Origin: a bacterium
GTDB taxonomy: Bacteria; Desulfobacterota; UBA8473
Direction of reading: 5' to 3'
DNA: 32,707 nt
NCBI GenBank assembly: GCA_009773075.1
Contig: WOUX01000001.1
Span: 5,990 to 38,696 of the forward strand
The notes under the pieces: model-generated
Seen by the model: the letters and a program-made list of their open reading frames with translations, nothing else
Database searches by the model: none
Told to the model about the DNA's origin: nothing
Shown here: positions 16,876 through 28,592 of the stretch, piece after piece
Layout of the letters: each line of letters starts with the position of its first letter
Position numbering within the stretch: the stretch's first letter is position 1
Translations under genes and position numbers: made by a program

Positions 16876-17484
16876 ATGGAAATTGTTATAGCAACTAGAA
16901 ATGAAGGGAAGTTACAAGAGATTAAAGAACTGATTAAGGGACTGCAAGTTGAGATTTTATCCCTGAAAGATATTCCAGAAGTACCTGTTGTCAGGGAAGG
17001 TGGTTCAAGCTTTAGGGAAAATGCCCTGATGAAAGCGGAAGTTATAGCTTCTTTCACCAAGAAGGTTAGCGTTGCTGATGATTCAGGATTAGAGGTGGAT
17101 TTCCTTAAAGGGGAGCCAGGGGTTTATTCTGCCAGGTTTGCCGGGGAAGATGCCAATGACGGTGAAAACAATAAGGAGCTGCTTAGGAGACTTGAAGGTG
17201 TTCCAATATCCAAAAGGGGGGCTACCTTCAGATGTGTAATCGCTGTTGTTACCCCTGAGGGAAAGAAAGATATTGTCGAGGGTGAATGTAGGGGAATAAT
17301 TCAATTTGAGGAAAGAGGGGAATTTGGTTTCGGGTATGATCCCCTCTTTTTTTTCCCTGAGTACCGGAGAACCTTTGCAGAGTTATCACCAGAGATAAAA
17401 AACAAAATCAGCCATCGGGCAAAGGCTATGGAGAAACTGAGAGTTGTGCTGAAAGAGTATCTAAAAACGGAAAAACGAGCGTAG
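16876..17484 (+). CDS. rdgB: dITP/XTP pyrophosphatase (RdgB/HAM1 family)
   Basis: IATRNEGKLQE, FGYDPLF and SHRAKA motifs. Starts immediately after the rph stop. Confidence 0.92.
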   Translation: MEIVIATRNEGKLQEIKELIKGLQVEILSLKDIPEVPVVREGGSSFRENALMKAEVIASFTKKVSVADDSGLEVDFLKGEPGVYSARFAGEDANDGENNKELLRRLEGVPISKRGATFRCVIAVVTPEGKKDIVEGECRGIIQFEERGEFGFGYDPLFFFPEYRRTFAELSPEIKNKISHRAKAMEKLRVVLKEYLKTEKRA

Positions 17485-17538
17485 AAAAAGGTTGAATTTT
17501 TTTTGTTTATATGCTACTAAACACCTTTATCTTTTTGA

Positions 17539-17616
<78 letters not shown>

Positions 17617-17632
17617 CTTAAGGTTAATGGCT

Positions 17633-17668
17633 TCGTAAAAAGCCCATCCCAATTTTGACTTTTTACGA
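17633..17668. repeat. Perfect 10-bp inverted repeat in the tRNA-Pro/tRNA-Arg spacer
   Basis: TCGTAAAAAG (17633-17642) and CTTTTTACGA (17659-17668), with a 16-nt loop. Possibly a processing hairpin. Confidence 0.35.
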
Positions 17669-17713
17669 CTTTATCATGTTTGTTTTCCAAAGCTCTCAAG
17701 GTTGTAAACACGG

Positions 17714-17790
<77 letters not shown>

Positions 17791-17816
17791 GAAATTAATC
17801 TTATAATTCATCCTAT

Positions 17817-17894
17817 GGTGAGTGTAGCTCAGTTGGTTAGAGCACTGGATTGTGGCTCCAGTGGTCGAGGGTTCGAATCCCTTCACTCACCCCA
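17817..17894 (+). tRNA. tRNA-His (anticodon GTG) with encoded G-1
   Basis: Extra 5' G before the GTGAGTG/CACTCAC acceptor, anticodon loop TTGTGGC, encoded CCA. Confidence 0.9.
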
Positions 17895-17895
17895 T

Positions 17896-17972
<77 letters not shown>

Positions 17973-17975
17973 AAG

Positions 17976-18051
17976 GGGCCGTTAGCTCAATTGGTAGAGC
18001 AACTGACTCTTAATCAGTAGGTCGCAGGTTCGATCCCTGCACGGCCCACCA
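17976..18051 (+). tRNA. tRNA-Lys (anticodon CTT)
   Basis: Acceptor GGGCCGT/ACGGCCC, anticodon loop CTCTTAA, encoded CCA. Confidence 0.9.
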
Positions 18052-18124
18052 TAAACTTAAGTCCTTTTCGCTCCATAATTGGAAACTGAATGGGGAAAGA
18101 TTTAAAATCTGTCCCCATGTCCTA

Positions 18125-18210
18125 GCGAGAGTGGCGGAACTGGCAGACGCACTGGACTTAGGATCCAGCCCCTTTTAGGGGTGGGGGTTCAAATCCCCCC
18201 TCTCGCACCA
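18125..18210 (+). tRNA. tRNA-Leu (anticodon TAG), long variable arm
   Basis: Acceptor GCGAGAG/CTCTCGC, anticodon loop CTTAGGA, variable arm GCCCCTTTTAGGGGT, encoded CCA. Confidence 0.9.
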
Positions 18211-18240
18211 AGTTTATATCTTTCTTTACCTGGGGGTTAG

Positions 18241-19560
18241 ATGAAGATAGAAATAGAAGAGATAAGTCCTGTCGAAAAAAAGTTTACTGTTACCCTTCCG
18301 AAAGAATTGGTTACAGGTGAGCTGGACTCTGCCTATGAAGATTTACGAAGGAAGGCTAAGGTAAGAGGGTTCCGTCAGGGCAAGGTTCCAAGAAGTATTC
18401 TTGAAAGATACTATAATAGACAGGTAGAAGGCGAGGTTGTTATAAAGCTTGTCAATGATTCCTACTTTAAAGTGCTGGAAGAAAAAAATATAACCCCGGT
18501 TTCACAGCCAATAATAGACGATAAGGGGCTGGAAAAAGGGAAGGAATTTACCTATTCTGCCAAGGTTGAAGTTAGACCTGAGATAGATGTAAAGGGTTAT
18601 ATAGGTATAGAGCTAGATAAGGGCAAATTAAATATATCGAAAGAAGATATAGACAAAAAACTTGCAGAGTTGCAGCGATCAAATGCACAGTTACAAGAGG
18701 TAGAAAAGCCTCGTCCCATTAAGGTTGGGGATTTCGCTGTTATTGATTATGAGGGGTTCTTGGATGCTGAAGCGATTGATGGAGAAAAGGTTATCGACCA
18801 TTTACTGGAAGTGGGGTCTGGATCCTTTTCGAAAGCGTTCGAAGAGCAGTTGTCAGGATTAAAAAAAGGGGATGAAAAGGATATTCAGATAACCCTGCCG
18901 GAAGAATACAACAAAAAGGATTTAGCGGGTAAAGAGGTAACCTTTAAAGTCAAAATCAAAGGGATAAAAGAAAAGATTCTACCTGAGTTAAATGATGACT
19001 TTGCCAAGGATTTGGGAGAATTTGAGACATTAGAAAAACTTAAGCAAAAGATAAGGGAAAATTCAGAAAAGCTGGATAAAATCAGAATAGAAGCTAACCT
19101 TAGAGACCAGCTTTTAAATAAATTGGTTGAGGCAAATGCCTTTGAAGTTCCGCCTTCATTAGTCAATCAACATCTTCAAGATAAGATAAAAGAAACACAT
19201 ATGCGGCTGGCTCTTCAGGGGTTAAGTATGGAGCAGGTTGGCATATCTACCGATAGCATTAAAGAGAGTTATAAAGACCAGGCTGAAAAAGAGGTGAAAG
19301 CCAGCTTCCTTCTTGAAGAGATTGCGAAAAAGGAATCCATACAGGTAGACGAAAAATATATTGAGGATAAGATACTTGAAATTGCAGAAAATTCCGGGCA
19401 TAACGTTGAAGCTGTCAGAAATCATTACAAAGAAGACGAAGCGAGAGAGAGATTGAAGACTGGACTCAAAACAGAGAAAACCCTTGATTTTATAATCGAA
19501 AAGGCTAACATAAAAGAAGTAGAAAGAAGGGAAAATGACACTAATTCCAATAGTGATTGA
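18241..19560 (+). CDS. tig: Trigger factor (ribosome-associated PPIase chaperone)
   Basis: N-terminal ribosome-binding signature GFRQGKVP. 439 aa. Conserved position upstream of clpP-clpX-lon. Confidence 0.95.
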   Translation: MKIEIEEISPVEKKFTVTLPKELVTGELDSAYEDLRRKAKVRGFRQGKVPRSILERYYNRQVEGEVVIKLVNDSYFKVLEEKNITPVSQPIIDDKGLEKGKEFTYSAKVEVRPEIDVKGYIGIELDKGKLNISKEDIDKKLAELQRSNAQLQEVEKPRPIKVGDFAVIDYEGFLDAEAIDGEKVIDHLLEVGSGSFSKAFEEQLSGLKKGDEKDIQITLPEEYNKKDLAGKEVTFKVKIKGIKEKILPELNDDFAKDLGEFETLEKLKQKIRENSEKLDKIRIEANLRDQLLNKLVEANAFEVPPSLVNQHLQDKIKETHMRLALQGLSMEQVGISTDSIKESYKDQAEKEVKASFLLEEIAKKESIQVDEKYIEDKILEIAENSGHNVEAVRNHYKEDEARERLKTGLKTEKTLDFIIEKANIKEVERRENDTNSNSD

Positions 19561-20125
19561 ACAGACTGGTCGTGGAGAGCGGGCTTATGATATTTATTCC
19601 CGTCTGCTAAAAGAAAGGATTATATTCATAGGTACTCCTATAGATGACATTGTGGCCAATCTGGTTATTGCCCAAATGTTATTTTTAGAGTCTGAGGACC
19701 CTGACAAGGATATTCACCTTTACCTTAATTCGCCGGGCGGTATAGTTACTTCTGGTCTTGCTATATATGACACCATGCAGTATATAAAACCCAGGGTTTC
19801 AACATTGTGTATGGGGCAGGCTGCAAGTATGGGGGCGTTGCTTTTGACAGCAGGAGAACAGGGAAAGAGATATGCCCTTCCACATTCCCGAATATTGCTG
19901 CACCAGCCTCTGGGTGCATTCCAGGGACAGGCTACAGATATAGAGATCCATGCTAAGGAGATCCTCAAGATAAGAGAACACTTAAATAAGATATTGGTTC
20001 ATCACACTGGACAGCCTTTAGAGAAGATTCAACGAAATACAGAGCGGGACTTTTTTATGAGCAGCGAGGAAGCTAAGGAATACGGAATTATTGATGAAGT
20101 TATTAAAAAGAAGGCATCTGTCTAG
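19535..20125 (+). CDS. clpP: ATP-dependent Clp protease proteolytic subunit
   Basis: [29 protein letters not shown]-terminus, catalytic Ser in GQAASMGA, His in LHQP. Overlaps the tig 3' end by 26 nt. Confidence 0.96.
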   Translation: MTLIPIVIEQTGRGERAYDIYSRLLKERIIFIGTPIDDIVANLVIAQMLFLESEDPDKDIHLYLNSPGGIVTSGLAIYDTMQYIKPRVSTLCMGQAASMGALLLTAGEQGKRYALPHSRILLHQPLGAFQGQATDIEIHAKEILKIREHLNKILVHHTGQPLEKIQRNTERDFFMSSEEAKEYGIIDEVIKKKASV

Positions 20126-20180
20126 CCGGGTTTATTTCATTGTTTATGTTTGTGTTAAATAAACAATAGGGGGGAAATAA

Positions 20181-21434
20181 GTGAATAGGAAAGATGATGA
20201 TATAGTTGAGAATTTAAGCTGCTCATTTTGTGGTAAAGGAAGAAAGGAAGTAAAAAAGCTGATAGCTGGTCCCACCGTCTACATCTGTGATGAATGTATT
20301 GAACTTTGCAATGATATTATTGCTGAGGAGTTTGAGAAAGAGGACAAATACATTGGGTACTCCATGGTCCCCAAACCCTTTGAGATAAAGAAGTTCCTGG
20401 ACGAATACGTTATAGGGCAGGAAAGTGCAAAAAAGATTCTTTCCGTTGCAGTACATAACCACTACAAGAGAATAAACTCCAAGATAGATATGAACGGGGT
20501 TGAGCTTCAAAAGAGTAACATTATACTTATCGGACCTACAGGTTGCGGCAAAACCCTCTTAGCTCAGACTCTCGCTAAAATTCTCCAAGTCCCTTTTGCT
20601 ATTGCAGATGCTACAAGCCTTACCGAGGCTGGATATGTTGGAGAGGATGTTGAAAATATTATACTTGCTTTATTGCAGGCTGCCGATTATGATGTTGAAA
20701 AGGCGTCAAAGGGTATTGTTTACATCGATGAGATTGATAAAATCTCCCGGAAATCTGACAGTCCTTCCATTACCAGGGATGTATCAGGAGAAGGGGTACA
20801 GCAGGCCCTTCTAAAGATCATCGAAGGTACAGTAGCCAGTGTTCCTCCTAAAGGTGGCAGAAAACACCCTCAACAGGAATTTCTTCAAGTAGATACAACC
20901 AACATCCTTTTTATTTGTGGGGGGACATTTCATGGACTGGAGGAGATCATCCAAAGACGAATAAGGGGAAGTTCAATTGGTTTTGGTTCAGAGATCAGTG
21001 GTAAGAAAGGAGGGCAGATTAACGATATTCTAGTGGAAGTTCAGCCAGAAGATCTATTGAAATATGTTTTAATCCCGGAATTTATTGGGAGACTGCCAGT
21101 GATTGCCACCTTGAGTGATCTTAACGAGGAATGCCTGGTAAGGATATTAAAAGAACCAAGAAATGCTCTGGTGAAGCAGTATAGGAAGCTGTTTGAATTT
21201 GAGAAAGTTGGTCTTAATTTTACAAATGATGCCCTGGTAGCAATAGCAAAAGAGGCCCAAAAGCGGAGGTCAGGAGCTAGAGGATTGAGATCAATTATGG
21301 AGAATATTATGCTGGACATTATGTACGAACTGCCATCTCAATCGGACATCCGAGAGTGTGTTATAACCGAAGAAGTAGTTCAAAAAAAAGAAATTCCTAT
21401 ACTTGTATACGAAAAGAAAGCAGAATCTGCGTAG
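20181..21434 (+). CDS. clpX: ATP-dependent Clp protease ATP-binding subunit ClpX
   Basis: Zinc-binding N-domain CSFCGK...CDEC, Walker A GPTGCGKT, Walker [13 protein letters not shown] start; there is no in-frame ATG before the zinc motif. Confidence 0.96.
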   Translation: MNRKDDDIVENLSCSFCGKGRKEVKKLIAGPTVYICDECIELCNDIIAEEFEKEDKYIGYSMVPKPFEIKKFLDEYVIGQESAKKILSVAVHNHYKRINSKIDMNGVELQKSNIILIGPTGCGKTLLAQTLAKILQVPFAIADATSLTEAGYVGEDVENIILALLQAADYDVEKASKGIVYIDEIDKISRKSDSPSITRDVSGEGVQQALLKIIEGTVASVPPKGGRKHPQQEFLQVDTTNILFICGGTFHGLEEIIQRRIRGSSIGFGSEISGKKGGQINDILVEVQPEDLLKYVLIPEFIGRLPVIATLSDLNEECLVRILKEPRNALVKQYRKLFEFEKVGLNFTNDALVAIAKEAQKRRSGARGLRSIMENIMLDIMYELPSQSDIRECVITEEVVQKKEIPILVYEKKAESA

Positions 21435-21505
21435 ACAGACTGAAGGTAGTTAGCCTGTAGGAGGAAATCATGTGCGACCTGAACGGATAGCCTGTAGACT
21501 GTAGC

Positions 21506-21585
21506 CTAACAGCCTTCAGCCTAAACAACCTAATTAGGTCAATGCGCAGTGACTAATAGCCTTCAGCCTACAGTCTAAACAACCT
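21506..21585. repeat. Imperfect direct repeat in the clpX-lon spacer
   Basis: Copy 1: CTAACAGCCTTCAGCCTAAACAACCT (21506-21531). Copy 2: CTAATAGCCTTCAGCCTACAGTCTAAACAACCT (21553-21585). TAGCCTGTAG also occurs twice upstream (21451-21460 and 21488-21497). Confidence 0.7.
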
Positions 21586-21625
21586 GAGTAGTAACGGACA
21601 AATCTGATTAAGAGGATACAGAACA

Positions 21626-24076
21626 ATGTTGTTTAAACTTTCCAAAGGCACTGGTAACACAGCTAATGTTGAAAGTATATATCCTTTGTTGCCCCTTAGG
21701 GATATTGTAGTATTTCCTTATTCGGTGGTGCCACTATTTGTTGGTAGGGAAAAGTCGATAGATGCATTGGAATATGCTCTGAAGAACGAAAAAAGCTTAT
21801 TCCTGACTACTCAAAAGGATGCTAAGGTTAACAACCCTTCAGAGGATGATATTTATAGAGTTGGGACATTGAGTACCATCCTTCAGCTTTTAAAACTACC
21901 GGATGGAACAGTTAAGGTTCTTGTTGAGGGTAAAAAAAGGGCAATGATAAGGAAAATTATCCCCAATACACAGTTCTTGGAGGTGAGTGTTGAGGAGATA
22001 AATGATTTCCAGAAAATAACGAATGTAATTGAGGCTTTGATGCGAAATCTTAAAAACTCCTTTGAGATTTTCGTCAAACTGAATAAAAAAATCTCCCAGG
22101 ATATGCTATCTTCCGTATTGTCCATTGATGACCCAAGTCGTTTAGTCGATACAATTGTTGTTCACGTAAATATTAAGTTAGAGGATAAACAGGATATTTT
22201 AGAAACCTTCAACCCTGCAGAGAGATTAGAAAAGCTATTTCAACTAATTGAGTCTGAAATTGAAATCCTCCAGATAGAAAAGAAGATTAAGACTAGAGTT
22301 AGAAAGCAGATGGAGAAGAGCCAAAAAGAATACTACCTAAACGAACAGATGCGTGCAATTCAAAAAGAGATGGGGGAAAAGGATGAGTTTAAGACTGAGC
22401 TTAAGGAACTAGAAGAAAATATTAAAAAGAAAAAGATGTCAAAGGAGGCAACAGCAAAGGTTGAAAAGGAGTTTAAAAAGCTTAAAATGATGGCACCTAT
22501 GTCTGCTGAAGCCACAGTGGTACGGAATTATATAGACTGGTTGATCTCCCTTCCCTGGTATGATGAAACTGAAGACAAGCTCGACATAACAGAAGCTGAG
22601 AAAATTTTAGATGCGGATCACTACGGGTTAAAACAGGTCAAGGAACGAATAGTAGAGTATCTTGCCGTTCAAAGCCTGGTTAAGAAGATGAAGGGACCAA
22701 TCCTTTGTCTCGTGGGTCCTCCAGGGGTGGGTAAGACTTCTTTAGCTAAATCTGTTGCAAGAGCAACTGGAAGGAAGTTTGTCAGGTGTTCCCTTGGTGG
22801 AGTTCGTGATGAAGCTGAGATAAGGGGTCATCGTAGGACTTATATTGGTTCAATGCCTGGTAAGATCATCCAGTCTATAAAGAAGGCAGGCTCAAATAAC
22901 CCTGTATTTCTGCTAGACGAAGTGGACAAGATGAGCACTGATTTTAGAGGAGACCCATCATCTGCATTAATGGAAGTATTGGATCCTGAACAGAATCAGG
23001 CATTCAACGACCACTATATAGATGTAGACTATGATCTTTCTGAGGTGATGTTCATTACCACAGCAAATACTTTGTTTTCAATCCCTCTCCCTCTGCAGGA
23101 TCGTATGGAGATTATTCGTATTGCTGGATACACCGAATTAGAAAAATTGAATATAGCCAAAAAGTTTTTGATTCTAAAACAGATAGAAGCCCATGGTCTG
23201 GCTGATAAAAATGTGGTATTCTCACTTCATGCTATTCTAGGTGTAATCCGTAGATATACCAGGGAAGCAGGTGTCAGGAATCTTGAACGCGAGATAGCAT
23301 CTATTTGTCGGAAAGTAGCAAAAGAGGTCGTCAAAAAAGGGAAGAATACAAAAATCAGTATTCAATCAAGTAGTCTTCAGAAATATTTAGGAATTCCCAA
23401 ATACAGATATGGTAAAGTGGAAGAGGATGACACAGTGGGGCTTGCAACTGGCCTTGCCTGGACCGAATTGGGGGGGGAATTACTTGCCATAGAGGTAACA
23501 GTTATGCCGGGCAAGGGGAAACTGACTGTTACTGGAAAACTGGGTGATGTCATGCAGGAATCTGCCCATGCTGCTCTTAGTTATGTTCGGTCAAGGGCGG
23601 AACTTCTTGATTTAGAAAGGAATTTTTATCAAAATGTTGACATACACATACATGTTCCTGAAGGGGCCATACCAAAAGATGGGCCTTCGGCTGGCATTAC
23701 CATAGCAACCTCTATAACCTCTGCGTTGATTAAGAAACCTGTGAGGAAGGACATAGCTATGACAGGGGAGATAACCCTTAGGGGCAGAATCCTTCCCATT
23801 GGTGGATTTAAAGAGAAGGTTTTGGCTGCCCACAGAGGTGGCATAAAGACAATCATTATTCCTAAGGAGAACGAGAAGGATATTAAGGAAGTCCCTGCCA
23901 GGATTCTAAAGACAGTAGATATTGTTATGGTAGAACATATGGATGAGGTATTGAAAAGGGCTTTGATACTGGATGACCCTGATAATTTTATGAAAAAGAA
24001 AAAGGATGAAGGGGTTACTGAGAAGTTCTATGAACAGGAAGGAATCCAGGAGGTTACAAACCGATCTGTAAATTAA
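21626..24076 (+). CDS. lon: ATP-dependent protease Lon (LonA type)
   Basis: N-terminal LON domain ([13 protein letters not shown]), Walker [10 protein letters not shown], protease Ser in [10 protein letters not shown] and downstream Lys region [15 protein letters not shown]. 816 aa. Confidence 0.97.
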   Translation: MLFKLSKGTGNTANVESIYPLLPLRDIVVFPYSVVPLFVGREKSIDALEYALKNEKSLFLTTQKDAKVNNPSEDDIYRVGTLSTILQLLKLPDGTVKVLVEGKKRAMIRKIIPNTQFLEVSVEEINDFQKITNVIEALMRNLKNSFEIFVKLNKKISQDMLSSVLSIDDPSRLVDTIVVHVNIKLEDKQDILETFNPAERLEKLFQLIESEIEILQIEKKIKTRVRKQMEKSQKEYYLNEQMRAIQKEMGEKDEFKTELKELEENIKKKKMSKEATAKVEKEFKKLKMMAPMSAEATVVRNYIDWLISLPWYDETEDKLDITEAEKILDADHYGLKQVKERIVEYLAVQSLVKKMKGPILCLVGPPGVGKTSLAKSVARATGRKFVRCSLGGVRDEAEIRGHRRTYIGSMPGKIIQSIKKAGSNNPVFLLDEVDKMSTDFRGDPSSALMEVLDPEQNQAFNDHYIDVDYDLSEVMFITTANTLFSIPLPLQDRMEIIRIAGYTELEKLNIAKKFLILKQIEAHGLADKNVVFSLHAILGVIRRYTREAGVRNLEREIASICRKVAKEVVKKGKNTKISIQSSSLQKYLGIPKYRYGKVEEDDTVGLATGLAWTELGGELLAIEVTVMPGKGKLTVTGKLGDVMQESAHAALSYVRSRAELLDLERNFYQNVDIHIHVPEGAIPKDGPSAGITIATSITSALIKKPVRKDIAMTGEITLRGRILPIGGFKEKVLAAHRGGIKTIIIPKENEKDIKEVPARILKTVDIVMVEHMDEVLKRALILDDPDNFMKKKKDEGVTEKFYEQEGIQEVTNRSVN

Positions 24077-24098
24077 AGTGAAAAGCCATTATTTATTT

Positions 24099-24174
24099 GG
24101 GCGGGTAGCTCAGTTGGGAGAGCATCGGCCTTACAAGCCGAGGGTCACAGGTTCGAGCCCTGTTCCGCCTACCA
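24099..24174 (+). tRNA. tRNA-Val (anticodon TAC)
   Basis: Acceptor GGGCGGG/TCCGCCT with G-U pairs, anticodon loop CTTACAA, T-loop GGTTCGAGCC, encoded CCA. Confidence 0.88.
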
Positions 24175-24216
24175 TATCCGATTTTGCCAATGCAAAAGCG
24201 GGGTTGTATAAATATA

Positions 24217-24293
24217 GGGGTCGTAGTTCAGTCGGTTAGAACGCCGGCCTGTCAAGCCGGAGGTCGCGAGTTCAAGTCTCGTCGGCCCCGCCA
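24217..24293 (+). tRNA. tRNA-Asp (anticodon GTC)
   Basis: Acceptor GGGGTCG/CGGCCCC, anticodon loop CTGTCAA, encoded CCA. Confidence 0.9.
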
Positions 24294-24301
24294 GTATTTT
24301 T

Positions 24302-24336
24302 AAGGGGTTAACCGAACGGTTAGCCCCTTTTCTTTT
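24302..24336 (+). terminator. Rho-independent terminator after the tRNA-Val/Asp pair
   Basis: AAGGGGTTAACCG-aa-CGGTTAGCCCCTT followed by TTCTTTT. Confidence 0.75.
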
Positions 24337-24460
24337 GCTAGTGTCTCAGGGTGCGGATTGTTGTACTTCCTGCTTCTTTTCAATAATCCTCCTGATACTT
24401 TGAGACAAAACCATCACAACCTCGACTTGCAGGGCAGATGCTTTTCATTGGCAAAAATTG

Positions 24461-24488
24461 TTGACTTTCGTAGCCTATGGGCTATTAT
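24461..24488 (+). promoter_or_regulatory. Sigma-70-type promoter candidate for the DUF169-like gene
   Basis: TTGACT (24461-24466), 16-nt spacer, TATTAT (24483-24488). Confidence 0.45.
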
Positions 24489-24536
24489 TAATAAACAAAT
24501 AGAAAAAACATAATACCATGCAAAGGAGTGCGACAC

Positions 24537-25298
24537 ATGGAATTAGGATTTAGGGACAGGTTTATAGGTTTGTGGGGAAAATACTTTGATGGCGCTGAGC
24601 TCCCAATTACATTCTATTATACTGACCAGGAAGGGCGTGGTGAGCTGGTGCACGCTACGTCATCAGGTCACCAGTGTTTCCTTGGAGTTTTGGGTAAGGT
24701 CTGGAAAGGGCAGTCGTTATGTTTTGGAGCAAATTCTTTCGGCTGCAGTGGTGGGAAAAGGTATCTGGGATATACTCAGGAGCTGAGGCCAAACTTCGAA
24801 TATTTCCTTTCCTGCGGAATAGAAGGAGAAATGGAAGGAGAACGTTATAAAAAGACCCCTGAAATAGTAAGACAGCTTGTAAAGGACACTCCTCGTTTTG
24901 AGGCACCCGGCAAGTATATTGTATTCAAGCGGTGGGATAATCTTGAACAGATAGATGAACCTGAAGTAGTAATATTTTTAGCCCGTCCAGATGTTTTGTC
25001 CGGTCTTTTTACCTTGACTGGTTTTGAAGAAACCAATCGAGAGGCAGTGATTGCTCCTTTTGCCGCAGGTTGCGGGTCAATTGTCCTATACCCATATCTG
25101 GAAATCGACAGGGACCGCCCTCGGGGTATCCTTGGAATGTTCGACGTTTCGGCACGCCCATACGTGCCAAAAGACACACTCAGTTTTTCCGTACCAATGA
25201 ACAAGTTCAGGAGTATGGTTGACGATATGGAGGATAGCTTCTTAACTACGCAGAGTTGGGTAAAAGTTAATAAGCGGATTAAGGATAAAAAAATTTAG
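24537..25298 (+). CDS. Hypothetical protein, probably DUF169 (COG2043) family
   Basis: Clean 253-aa ORF. SD AAAGGAG lies 8-9 nt before the ATG at 24537; the ORF-track GTG at 24528 is too close to the SD. Cys/Gly-rich pattern CFGANSFGCSGGKRYLG and FAAGCGS resembles my recollection of DUF169, but the family call is tentative. Confidence 0.5.
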   Translation: MELGFRDRFIGLWGKYFDGAELPITFYYTDQEGRGELVHATSSGHQCFLGVLGKVWKGQSLCFGANSFGCSGGKRYLGYTQELRPNFEYFLSCGIEGEMEGERYKKTPEIVRQLVKDTPRFEAPGKYIVFKRWDNLEQIDEPEVVIFLARPDVLSGLFTLTGFEETNREAVIAPFAAGCGSIVLYPYLEIDRDRPRGILGMFDVSARPYVPKDTLSFSVPMNKFRSMVDDMEDSFLTTQSWVKVNKRIKDKKI

Positions 25299-25321
25299 CT
25301 GGTATTGGTATAATTTTGTCT

Positions 25322-25921
25322 ATGGAAAGGCAGGGCTTCAAAGTATTCCTGATTATTTCTATTACCGTTCATCTATGTATCATTTTTCTTGTAGGTAACC
25401 TTTCCTTCAAACCCATTAAAGGTCACACTCTCGCAGTAGAGATACCCCCTCTATCTTCTAAACCTAAAGAAAAATCCTCAAATACCAAATTTACTAAACA
25501 CTCGGTAGAAAAATCACTTCAGTTAACCTCTATTCATATTGGGTCAAATAATATTATTGAGGGTTATAAAAACAGGAAAGCCTCATATCCCAAAAGAGAA
25601 GACACAATCCTGTTGAATACCAGGAACCCAAAATATATTCCTTATTCCTCTGAGATCAAAAGGAAGATCGAATTGGTATGGGAGTATCCCCACAAGGCAA
25701 AAAAAGAAGAAATGAATGGAAAACTAACCTTGATATTTTCAATTTTAAGAAATGGCGATCTTGCTGGGCTTCAACTGTTACAGTCCTCTGGATTTCCGAT
25801 TCTTGATAACGAAGCTTTTAATGCAGTTAGACTTGCAGCCCCTTACTATCCAATTCCACAGACGATGGAGATTAACAAATTAAATTTTATAGCAACATTT
25901 GAATATCGGATAAACTACTGA
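25322..25921 (+). CDS. TonB-family protein (N-terminal anchor, short linker, TonB C-terminal domain)
   Basis: Anchor FKVFLIISITVHLCIIFLVG. C-terminal YPHKAKKEEMNGKLTLIFSILRNGDLAGLQLLQSSGFPILDNEAFNAV matches the TonB_C pattern. Start could be TTG 25316 or ATG 25322. Confidence 0.7.
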   Translation: MERQGFKVFLIISITVHLCIIFLVGNLSFKPIKGHTLAVEIPPLSSKPKEKSSNTKFTKHSVEKSLQLTSIHIGSNNIIEGYKNRKASYPKREDTILLNTRNPKYIPYSSEIKRKIELVWEYPHKAKKEEMNGKLTLIFSILRNGDLAGLQLLQSSGFPILDNEAFNAVRLAAPYYPIPQTMEINKLNFIATFEYRINY

Positions 25922-25947
25922 TAAACTATAGTATGTATTAAAATAAA

Positions 25948-25978
25948 AACAGGCTGTGTGTTTGAACAACAGCCTGTT
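25948..25978. terminator. Bidirectional terminator hairpin between convergent tonB-like and ahcY genes
   Basis: AACAGGCTGT-loop-ACAGCCTGTT 10-bp stem, with an A-rich run upstream and T/A-rich sequence downstream. Confidence 0.6.
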
Positions 25979-26069
25979 AACAAACAACGAAACAGGTAAG
26001 TTCAACCTTGAACCATGTCCTTGGAGACAGATAAGAGTCAACAGTTAACGATGAACCCTTCCACTATTT

Positions 26070-27356
<1,287 letters not shown>

Positions 27357-27384
27357 TTACGGTTTCCTTACTGACCCCTGACTC

Positions 27385-28548
27385 CTATATACCCGCAGCC
27401 TTTTTCAATATGTCAACCTTGTCGGTCTTTTCCCAGGTAAAGTCAGGATCCAGCCTTCCAAAATGACCATAACATGCGGTTTTTTTGTATATGGGTCTTA
27501 ATAGATCCAGATTTTCTATTATAGCCGCAGGCTTCATAGAAAAATGTTCCATAACTATATCGGCAATCCTGTCCGTTGGTATAACACCTGTCCCATTGGT
27601 ATTTATCATCACTGAAACAGGCTCCGCTACACCAATCGCATAGGCCAGTTGAACCTCGCATTTTCTTGCCAGACCTGCTGCTACCAGATTCTTAGCTATA
27701 TAACGAGCCATGTATGATGAACTCCTGTCAACCTTGGATGGATCCTTACCTGAAAAACATCCACCCCCATGGCTCCCCTGTCCACCATAGGTGTCCACGA
27801 TTATCTTTCTGCCGGTCAAACCACAATCACCTTGGGGACCGCCAACAACAAATCGTCCTGTCGGGTTAATGTAATACTTGGTCTTTTCATCTAAGAGATC
27901 TTTTGGAATAACCTTTTTTATAACCTCTTCGATTATGCTTTCTCTCAACAATTGGTATTTCACATCCGGAGTATGCTGAGAAGATACAACTACTGTATCA
28001 ATCCTTATAGGTTTATCATCTATATACTCGATAGTGACCTGGGATTTTCCATCTGGTCTTAGGAAGTCTACTATACCTTCTTTTCTAACCTGTGCCAATC
28101 TCATGGTTAGTTTATGGGCATAGGTTATAGGCATGGGCATCAACTCAGGGGTTTCATTGCAGGCATAACCAAACATCAAACCCTGATCACCTGCCCCCTG
28201 CTCTTTCCCATCGAATGAATTTACACCAAGGGCTATATCGGGCGACTGCTGATCAATAGAGGTAATTACCGCACATGTCTCCCAGTCAAAACCCATGGAT
28301 GAATCGTTATACCCAATCTCTCTGATTGTCTCCCTGGCTATCTGGGGTATATCCACGTAGCAAGAAGTGGTAATCTCTCCTGCTATTATTGCCATTCCCG
28401 TTGTAACCAGGGTTTCGCAAGCAACCCGCCCCTTAGTGTCCTGAGCAATAATTGCATCCAAAATAGAATCAGAGATTTGATCGGCTATCTTATCAGGATG
28501 GCCTTCTGTTACCGATTCTGAAGTAAATAAAAATCTGCTCATTGACAT
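27385..28548 (-). CDS. metK: S-adenosylmethionine synthetase
   Basis: [24 protein letters not shown] and [16 protein letters not shown] motifs. SD AAGGAGG 8 nt upstream. Confidence 0.97.
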   Translation of the reverse strand: MSMSRFLFTSESVTEGHPDKIADQISDSILDAIIAQDTKGRVACETLVTTGMAIIAGEITTSCYVDIPQIARETIREIGYNDSSMGFDWETCAVITSIDQQSPDIALGVNSFDGKEQGAGDQGLMFGYACNETPELMPMPITYAHKLTMRLAQVRKEGIVDFLRPDGKSQVTIEYIDDKPIRIDTVVVSSQHTPDVKYQLLRESIIEEVIKKVIPKDLLDEKTKYYINPTGRFVVGGPQGDCGLTGRKIIVDTYGGQGSHGGGCFSGKDPSKVDRSSSYMARYIAKNLVAAGLARKCEVQLAYAIGVAEPVSVMINTNGTGVIPTDRIADIVMEHFSMKPAAIIENLDLLRPIYKKTACYGHFGRLDPDFTWEKTDKVDILKKAAGI

Positions 28549-28592
28549 AAAAATATCCTCCTTAATCTTTTATAGCAAAACAGGAAAAAACT

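Noticed and set aside
21451-21585. clpX-lon spacer repeats as a CRISPR array or other defence locus.
   Set aside because: There are only two imperfect copies of a ~26-nt unit with a ~21-nt gap, no regular repeat-spacer periodicity and no cas genes. This is not CRISPR.
28549-28592. SAM riboswitch upstream of metK.
   Set aside because: Only 44 nt separate metK from the ptsI stop, which is far too short for any SAM riboswitch class, and no conserved riboswitch motifs are visible.
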